Below the pieces are notes generated by a model. It saw nothing but the letters and a program-made list of their open reading frames with translations, was not told where the DNA came from and searched no databases. Made by a program: the position numbers and the translations under genes. Shown one piece after another: positions 57,871 to 64,000 of a stretch of DNA of 64,000 nt; position 1 is the first letter of the stretch; the number at the start of each line of letters is the position of its first letter. The DNA is from Nitrospirota bacterium. Lineage in GTDB: Bacteria; Nitrospirota; JACRHL01. Location: NCBI GenBank assembly GCA_016212085.1, contig JACRHL010000018.1, forward strand, positions 7,487-71,486, in the 5' to 3' direction.

Positions 57871-58519
57871 CGCCGACGATCAGTGGGCGCCGCGCCGCGC
57901 CGCCATGGTGAGCCTGATCCGCGCCATGGGCGTGCGCGACCAGCGGGTGTTGAGCGTCATGGCGGCGCTGCCGCGCCACCGCTTCGTTCCCGGGAACCTG
58001 CGTGACGCCGCCTATGAGGACGGGGCGCTGCCCATCGGCCTGGGGCAGACCATCTCGCAGCCCTACATGGTGGCGGCCATGACCGAGGCGCTGGCCCTCA
58101 CCGGCACCGAGCGGGTGCTGGAGATCGGCACCGGTTCCGGCTATCAGGCGGCGGTGCTGGCGGGCCTGGCCAGGGAGGTGGTCACCGTGGAGCGGCTGCC
58201 GGAACTTGCCGATAGGGCTCGTATGCGGTTCGCGGAACTGGGCCTGAACAACATCACGGCGCACGTGGCCGACGGCACCGTGGGGGTGCCGGCCCTGGCG
58301 CCGTTCGACGCCATCCTGGTGAGCGCCGGCGCCCCGGCCGTGCCGGAACCGCTGGCGGCGCAGCTCGCCGAGGGCGGCCGGCTGGTGATCCCCGTGGGCG
58401 GTCCCAGGGTGCAAACGCTTTACCGCTACCGCAAGGAGGACGGGGAGATGAAGGGCGAGGCGTTGTTCGATTGTCTGTTCGTGCCCCTGGTCGGGCGGCA
58501 CGGCTGGCCTGCCGGGTGA
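57860..58519 (+). CDS. pcm: Protein-L-isoaspartate O-methyltransferase
   Basis: GQTISQPY, VLEIGTGSGYQAA and FVPLVG motifs. Confidence 0.95.
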   Translation: MTADADDQWAPRRAAMVSLIRAMGVRDQRVLSVMAALPRHRFVPGNLRDAAYEDGALPIGLGQTISQPYMVAAMTEALALTGTERVLEIGTGSGYQAAVLAGLAREVVTVERLPELADRARMRFAELGLNNITAHVADGTVGVPALAPFDAILVSAGAPAVPEPLAAQLAEGGRLVIPVGGPRVQTLYRYRKEDGEMKGEALFDCLFVPLVGRHGWPAG

Positions 58520-58618
58520 CCCTGTTGCACGGGCTGTACGAGTTGGACGCGGTCGCGGGCCGGCTCCCCCAACAGGGTGTCCGGTTCCGGCCGGCGGCCG
58601 CCGAGGGAGGGGACGACA

Positions 58619-59401
58619 ATGCATGAGCGCAGGCGGGACCATGGCCCGGAGGCGCCGGACACCGGCTGCGTGTACGGCATCCACCCGGTCGAGGAATTGC
58701 TGGCGGAGGGCAGCGGGCGGGTGAGCCGCCTGCATTTCTTGGACGGCGGCGGCTCGAAGCCCCTGGGCGACCTGGTGGCCCGCGCCAAGGCGCTTGCGAT
58801 CCCCTTCGATTTCTGCAACCGGGCGCGGCTGGACGCCCTGGCGGGCACCGCCAAGCACCAGGGGGTGGTGGCCCAGGTGGCGGCCATCCCCTACCTGCCC
58901 CTGGACGACCTGATCGCCCGCGCCGCGGGCGACGCGCCGGGGTTGATCGTGGTGCTGGACGAGGTGTCGGACCCGCGCAACCTGGGGGCGGTGATGCGCA
59001 CGGCGGAGGCGGCTGGGGCGCACGGCATCATCATCCCCAAGCGCCGCGCGGCGCCGGCCACGGACCTGGTGGCCAAGGTGTCGGCCGGGGCCTTCATGCA
59101 CCTGCCCCTGACGCGGGTGGACAACACGGTGCAGGCGTTGGAGCGCTTGAAGCAGGCGGGGTATTGGGTGTACGGTCTGGCGGCTGACGGACCGGTCAAC
59201 ATCGCCCAGGCGGACTTCCGGGCCGCCACCGTGCTGGTGCTGGGGGCCGAGGGCAAAGGCCTGCGCCCCCTGGTGGCGCGCCACTGCGACCACCTGGTGC
59301 GCATCCCGCTCAAGGGCAGGACGCCGTCGCTGAACGTTTCGGTGGCGGCGGCGGTGGCCATTTTCGCCGTGATCGGCCAGCGTGAGGGGTGGGGTTCCTG
59401 A
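58619..59401 (+). CDS. rlmB: 23S rRNA 2'-O-methyltransferase (RlmB/TrmH SPOUT family)
   Basis: HQGVVA, DPRNLGA..RTA, GAEGKGL and SLNVSVA motifs. Confidence 0.9.
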   Translation: MHERRRDHGPEAPDTGCVYGIHPVEELLAEGSGRVSRLHFLDGGGSKPLGDLVARAKALAIPFDFCNRARLDALAGTAKHQGVVAQVAAIPYLPLDDLIARAAGDAPGLIVVLDEVSDPRNLGAVMRTAEAAGAHGIIIPKRRAAPATDLVAKVSAGAFMHLPLTRVDNTVQALERLKQAGYWVYGLAADGPVNIAQADFRAATVLVLGAEGKGLRPLVARHCDHLVRIPLKGRTPSLNVSVAAAVAIFAVIGQREGWGS

Positions 59402-59452
59402 CCTGTTTCCGGTTATACTGCCCAGACAGGGAAAAATGGGAGGAGACACACG

Positions 59453-60373
59453 TTGTCCAGCGCTGAGGTAGATCTGCTGCGGGTGCTCGCGAACCACGAC
59501 GACGAGGAGCCCGAGGAAGAGGAGGCGGAGGTCAGCACCGTGGCCAGCACCGACGTGGTGCACAGCTACCTGCGTGACATCCGCCGCTCGCAACTGCTCA
59601 CCTATGAGCAGGAGCAGGATCTCGGCCGCCGCATCCAGGAGGGCGACGAGGACGCCCGGCGGCAGATGATCGAGTCGAACCTGCGGCTGGTGGTGTCCAT
59701 CGGCAAGCGTTACATCAACCGCGGCCTGCCGTTCTCGGACATCATCGAGGAGGGCAACCTGGGCCTGATGCGGGCGGTGGAGAAGTTCGACCACACCAAG
59801 GGTTTCAAGCTTTCCACCTACGCCTCCTGGTGGATCCGCCAGTCCATCGAGCGCGCCATCATCAACCAGTCGAAGGTGGTGCGCCTGCCGGTGCACGTGG
59901 TGGAGCGCATGAACCAGTATTTCAAGGCGGTGGAGCAACTGGTCCAGGAGCATGGCGAGGATCCGCCGGTGGAGCTGATCGCCGCCGCCCTGGGCAAGAG
60001 CGTGGACGAGGTGGAGCAGCTCCAGGGCATGCTGCAAAGCACCTATTCCCTCGACAGCCCGGTGGGCGACCAGGAGGACACCCCCCTGGGCGACCTGATC
60101 GAGGACAGCAAGGGCATCTCCCCCTCCGCCACCACCGAGGGCATCCTGCAACGCGAGCGCATCCTCAAGTGGCTCAGCGCCCTGCGTGAGAAGGAACGCC
60201 AGGTGATCGTGTACCGCTTCGGCCTGGAGGGCGAGGAGCCCAAGACGCTGGAGCAGATCGGCGCCATCTTCGGCCTCACCCGCGAGCGGGTGCGCCAGAT
60301 CGAGGCGGCGGCGCTGGTGAAGCTGCGCGCCATGGTCGCCGAGCAGACCCTGACCGCCAATGAGTTCCTGTAG
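59453..60373 (+). CDS. rpoS: Group 2 sigma-70 factor, RpoS-like
   Basis: [38 protein letters not shown] and TRERVRQIE motifs; no region 1.1; surE-pcm synteny. Confidence 0.75.
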   Translation: MSSAEVDLLRVLANHDDEEPEEEEAEVSTVASTDVVHSYLRDIRRSQLLTYEQEQDLGRRIQEGDEDARRQMIESNLRLVVSIGKRYINRGLPFSDIIEEGNLGLMRAVEKFDHTKGFKLSTYASWWIRQSIERAIINQSKVVRLPVHVVERMNQYFKAVEQLVQEHGEDPPVELIAAALGKSVDEVEQLQGMLQSTYSLDSPVGDQEDTPLGDLIEDSKGISPSATTEGILQRERILKWLSALREKERQVIVYRFGLEGEEPKTLEQIGAIFGLTRERVRQIEAAALVKLRAMVAEQTLTANEFL

Positions 60374-60416
60374 GCGCCGCCCGGCCCCGTTTCCCCTTCC
60401 AAGGCCGTTTCCATCC

Positions 60417-60938
60417 ATGGACCTTTTGCACTACATCCGCCAGGTGCCGGAGTTCCCCAAGCCCGGCATCAATTTCTTCGACATCACCACCCTGCTCAAG
60501 GAGCCGGAGGCCTTCGCCGAGGTGATCCGCCGCCTGGCGGAGCCGTTCCAGACCGCCGGCGTGCGCCGGGTGGTGGGCACCGAGGCGCGCGGCTTCATCC
60601 TGGGCGCGCCGGTGGCGCTGGCCCTGGGGGCCGGCTTCGTGCCGGTGCGCAAGCCCGGCAAGCTGCCCGCCGCCACCCATCAGGCCAGCTATGAGCTGGA
60701 GTACGGCACCGACACCCTGTGCATCCATCAGGACGCCATCCAGTCCGGCGAGAAGGTGCTGATCGTGGACGACTTGCTGGCCACCGGCGGCACCCTGGGC
60801 GCCACCGTCGAGCTGGTGGAAAAGCTGGGGGGCGACGTGGTGGGCCTGTCCATCATGATCGACCTGACCGAGCTCAAGGATCTGCCTGCCCGCAAGCACA
60901 TTGCCCACATCCGGCAGCACGCGGTCCTGTCGGTTTGA
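60417..60938 (+). CDS. apt: Adenine phosphoribosyltransferase
   Basis: FPKPGI.F.DITTLL, EARGF and [10 protein letters not shown] motifs. Confidence 0.96.
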   Translation: MDLLHYIRQVPEFPKPGINFFDITTLLKEPEAFAEVIRRLAEPFQTAGVRRVVGTEARGFILGAPVALALGAGFVPVRKPGKLPAATHQASYELEYGTDTLCIHQDAIQSGEKVLIVDDLLATGGTLGATVELVEKLGGDVVGLSIMIDLTELKDLPARKHIAHIRQHAVLSV

Positions 60939-60945
60939 GCCGGCG

Positions 60946-61599
60946 GTGAAGCGGCACCTGCCGTTCGCGTTCTGGGCCGCGCTGCTGGCGGGGTGCACCT
61001 CCCAGGTGGACGCCCAGCTCGACGCCGCCCAGCTGGAGATGCGCCAGGGGGCGTACGAGCATGCCGTGGACCTCTACGCCGAGGTGCTGGAGAACGTGCC
61101 CAGGGCGCCCAACATCCACACCAACATGGGGTTCGCCCTGCTGCAACTGGACCGCCACGCGGAGGCGCTGGCCCACTTCGAGACCGCCCAGGCTCAGCTT
61201 GGAGCCGGCAAGGCCGACGTGTCGCTGCTGCACAACTGGGCGAGCGCCCTGGAGAGGCTCGACCGGCTGGAAGAGGCCGAGGCCAAATACGCCGAGGCCG
61301 CCCAGGTGGATCCGGGCCGCGCATCGGTGCTCATAAACTGGGCCAACCTGCTCGGCCGCATGGGCCGCCTGGACGATGCGGAACAGCGCTACGCCCAGGC
61401 GCTGGCGGCGGAACCGGAATCGGCCCTGGCGTGGGTCAACCGGGGTTACACCCTGGAGCGGCTGGGGCGCCCGGAGGAGGCACTCGTCTGCTACCGCACC
61501 TTCCTGACCTTTTCCGACGACGCGCCGTCGGACCTGATCGACCACGCGCGCCGCTTCGTCGCCCAGGCAGAGGCGGCGGGGCAGGTGGCGGGGGGCTGA
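60946..61599 (+). CDS. TPR-repeat lipoprotein
   Basis: Lipobox LAGC followed by about 5 TPR units (N.G..L...GR..EA...Y). Confidence 0.82.
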   Translation: MKRHLPFAFWAALLAGCTSQVDAQLDAAQLEMRQGAYEHAVDLYAEVLENVPRAPNIHTNMGFALLQLDRHAEALAHFETAQAQLGAGKADVSLLHNWASALERLDRLEEAEAKYAEAAQVDPGRASVLINWANLLGRMGRLDDAEQRYAQALAAEPESALAWVNRGYTLERLGRPEEALVCYRTFLTFSDDAPSDLIDHARRFVAQAEAAGQVAGG

Positions 61600-62483
61600 T
61601 GCGCTGGCTCGCCCTGCTGCTGCCCCTGCTGCTGGCCGGGGCCGCCCACGCGGAACAGGTGGTGGTGATCAAGAGCCACGACCAGGGCCTGTACAACCGC
61701 GCGGTGGAGGGGGTGGCGGGCTCCTACCGCGCCGACCGGGGCGACCGGGTGACGGTGGTCAACCTGGACGATGTGACCGCCACCGGCATGGCCCTGCCGG
61801 GCACGCCGGACGTGGTCATCACCGTGGGCGCCGCGGCCACCCGCTTTGCCGTGGGCCGCTACCCCAGCACCCCCATCGTCTACTGCATGGTGGTGCGCCC
61901 GGAGCGGCTGCCGCTGACGCCCTACACGGTGGGCATCTCCATGTTCGTGCCGGTGGCGGACCTGCTGGCCACCCTGGAACTGGTGTCCCACAACATCCGC
62001 CACGTGGGGGTGCTGCACAACCGGGAACAGAGCCAGATGGTGGACAGCGCCGTCGCCAACCTGAAGGGTTTCGAGGCCACCATCATCCCGGTGGAGGTGG
62101 ACGACCCGCGCAGCCTGCCCAGGCTGGCCCGGCGCCTGGTGTTGCAGATCGACGCCCTGTGGGTGGTGCCGGGCACCGTCACCGACCTGGACGCCATGCA
62201 GTTTCTTCTCAAGCTTTCCTACGAGCACCGGGTGCCGCTGATCGGCGATTCGCCGGCCATGGTGCGCGCCGGGGCGCTGTTGGCCATCACCCCGGACCCG
62301 GTGGACCTGGGGCGCCAGGCGGCGCGTCTGGCAGGCTATCTCATCAGCGGCGAGGGGTTGCCGCCGGAGCAGTTGTTCTATCCGGACATGGCGAACCTGG
62401 CCATCAACCTCAAGACCGCCCGCGCCTGGGGCATCGAGGTGCCCAAGATGCTGGTGGATTTCGCATCGGTGACCGTGGAATGA
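61599..62483 (+). CDS. Periplasmic ABC-type substrate-binding-like protein
   Basis: Signal peptide ending AHA-E; DVVITVG..A, IDALW, VRAGAL.AI, GRQAA and INLKTARAWGI motifs. Confidence 0.82.
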   Translation: MRWLALLLPLLLAGAAHAEQVVVIKSHDQGLYNRAVEGVAGSYRADRGDRVTVVNLDDVTATGMALPGTPDVVITVGAAATRFAVGRYPSTPIVYCMVVRPERLPLTPYTVGISMFVPVADLLATLELVSHNIRHVGVLHNREQSQMVDSAVANLKGFEATIIPVEVDDPRSLPRLARRLVLQIDALWVVPGTVTDLDAMQFLLKLSYEHRVPLIGDSPAMVRAGALLAITPDPVDLGRQAARLAGYLISGEGLPPEQLFYPDMANLAINLKTARAWGIEVPKMLVDFASVTVE

Positions 62484-62496
62484 CCGGGAGGCGGGG

Positions 62497-64000
62497 ATGA
62501 AGGCGGCCGTTCCGTTCCATCGCGGCATCGCCGCCAAGGCGCTCGGGGTGCTCACCCTGATCGTGACGGTGGTCAGCCTGGTGAGCGGCTACTACTCGCT
62601 GGTCGGCGCCCGCGCGCTGCTCACCGAACAGCTTACCGAGCGCGGCCTGGTGCTGGCCCGCAGCCTGGCGGTGAACGCGGGCTACGGCGTGTACACGGAG
62701 GACACCATCACCCTCAACCAGCTGCTGGACAGCGTCACGGCGGAGCCCGACGTGCTGTTCGCGGTCATCACCTCCGCCGACGGCACCGATCTGGCGCGCC
62801 GCTCGCGCCGGGGCGGCGACGCCCTGCTGGTGGCCATGCGCGACCGCTTTCCGGCGGGCGACGTGGAGCAGGCCCAGGCGGAGCAGGTGGGCGACGAGGG
62901 GTTCCTGCTGCTGTCCACCCCGGTGAAGACCCGCGAGTTCGTGCTCACCGACCAGGAGGAGAGCTTCCTCATCAGCTTCCTCGACGTGGGCTTTTCGCCG
63001 GACGAGCGGCTCGAGATGACCCGGGAGGAGCACCAGATCCTGCGGGGCCACGTGCACCTGGGCCTGTCCACCGCCGACATCGGCGACGGCATGGGCGAGG
63101 TGACCGGCAAGGTGGCGGCCCTGAGCGTGGTGGTGATCCTGGCGGGCATCGCCGTGTCGGCATTGCTGGTGCGCCTGATGGTCCGGCCGCTGCTCCGGGT
63201 CACCCACGTCACCACCCAGGTGGCCGGCGGCAACCTGTCCGCCAAGGTGGACGTGCGCGGCCAGGACGAGCTGGCTCTGCTGGGCCACGCCTTCAACCAG
63301 ATGACCGAGGCGCTCAAGGGGCGCGACGCCCAGATCCGCCGCAGCCAGGAGCGCCTGGCCAACGCCAACAAGGAGCTGGCGGACCTGAACAGCCACCTGG
63401 AGGACCGGGTGGCGCAGCGCACCATGGAACTGCGCGAGAAGAGCGAGGCGCTGGAAAAAACCAACCGGGAGCTGGTGCTGGCCACCGAGCGCAAGAGCCG
63501 CTTCATGGCCAATTTGGCCCACGAGCTGCGCACCCCGCTGAACTCGGTGATCGGCTTCTCGGAGGCGCTGCGCGACGGGCTGCTGGGCCCGCTTCCCGAC
63601 AGGCAGCTCAAGTACGTGAACAACATCGTCACCAGCGGCCGCCACATCCTCGACATGAGCGGCGGCATCCTCGACCTGTCGAAGATCGAGGCGGGCACGG
63701 TGGCGGTGCGCCTGGAATCCCTGGACGTGGCCCAGGCCCTCGAGGAGATCGTCACCATCACCGAGCCGCAATGGGCCGCGCGCGGCCTGTCGCTGGTCGC
63801 GGACGTGGCGGATCTGGACCGTGACCGGGCCTGCCTGGCCGACCGGGGCAAGTTCAAGCAGGTGCTGTACAACCTGGTCTCCAACGCCATCAAGTTCTCC
63901 CCGGAGGGGGGCGTGCTGCGCATGAGCGCCCGCACCGACGGCGACCATTTCGAGCTGCGCGTGAGCGATTCCGGCCCGGGCGTGCCCGAGCACCACCGCG
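62497..64000 (+). CDS. Membrane sensor histidine kinase (partial, runs off the window)
   Basis: Translated by hand from ATG 62497 after GGAGG: two TMs, HAMP (DELALLGHAFNQM), H-box AHELRTPLNSVIGFS, N-box NLVSNAIKF and G1 DSGPG. Confidence 0.9.
   Translation, partial: MKAAVPFHRGIAAKALGVLTLIVTVVSLVSGYYSLVGARALLTEQLTERGLVLARSLAVNAGYGVYTEDTITLNQLLDSVTAEPDVLFAVITSADGTDLARRSRRGGDALLVAMRDRFPAGDVEQAQAEQVGDEGFLLLSTPVKTREFVLTDQEESFLISFLDVGFSPDERLEMTREEHQILRGHVHLGLSTADIGDGMGEVTGKVAALSVVVILAGIAVSALLVRLMVRPLLRVTHVTTQVAGGNLSAKVDVRGQDELALLGHAFNQMTEALKGRDAQIRRSQERLANANKELADLNSHLEDRVAQRTMELREKSEALEKTNRELVLATERKSRFMANLAHELRTPLNSVIGFSEALRDGLLGPLPDRQLKYVNNIVTSGRHILDMSGGILDLSKIEAGTVAVRLESLDVAQALEEIVTITEPQWAARGLSLVADVADLDRDRACLADRGKFKQVLYNLVSNAIKFSPEGGVLRMSARTDGDHFELRVSDSGPGVPEHHR

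Noticed and set aside
58519..58578. 9-bp inverted repeat accctgttg / caacagggt flanking 42 nt between pcm and rlmB (possible MITE)
   Set aside because: Single occurrence, no target-site duplication, and too short to distinguish from chance or a simple mRNA hairpin.
62480..62500. ATG at 62480 overlapping the binding-protein stop as the kinase start
   Set aside because: It hits TGA after six codons. The kinase frame starts at ATG 62497 behind GGAGG.
92..63996. Many very long alternative-frame and antisense ORFs (e.g. 92..3496 -, 247..3582 +, 3899..7042 -, 10251..13145 +, 15456..18644 -, 44663..47953 -, 57809..60418 -, 62410..63996 -)
   Set aside because: They shadow well-supported genes, are Arg/Gly/Pro/His/Ala-rich without motifs, and are expected from stop-codon scarcity in high-GC3 DNA.

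Overview
This is a high-GC bacterial chromosomal window, densely coding (about 65 CDS and 2 tRNAs) and dominated by housekeeping genes. I see no integrase, transposase, prophage, CRISPR array or rRNA. Gene order (rpsB-tsf-pyrH-frr-alr-mlaEFD; alaC-hom-thrC-apgM-lysC-cimA; ihfA-merR-tRNA-Pro-surE-pcm-...-rpoS-like-apt) and a short-form EF-Ts suggest a Nitrospirota- or deltaproteobacteria-like diderm (inference only). Other blocks include methyltransferase-cpdA, dapE, metH, tldD with a degenerate lipoate-ligase-like gene and a Cys4 protein, a complete System I cytochrome c maturation operon ccmABCDEFGHI followed by tlpA-ccdA, rsmA-pdxA-CDF, pyrC, recQ, rmuC, dat, a REC-GGDEF-EAL protein, fbp, yajQ, PBP1A, lipA, and a TPR lipoprotein/substrate-binding protein/histidine kinase module running off the right edge. 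The best leads are: (1) a LolA-like periplasmic protein paired with a Cache-HAMP-GAF membrane sensor that has no output domain; (2) tldD followed by an LplA-fold protein lacking the catalytic lysine and a CxxC/CxxC protein; (3) a minimal MlaEFD system whose long MlaD has 34-aa repeats and a beta-rich C-terminus; (4) a 29-aa single-TM ORF with a strong RBS and its own promoter; (5) a MerR ORF whose stop codon lies inside tRNA-Pro, preceded by a UUCG hairpin with an alternative pairing into the tRNA 5' end. All family assignments come from visual motif recognition, not database searches.
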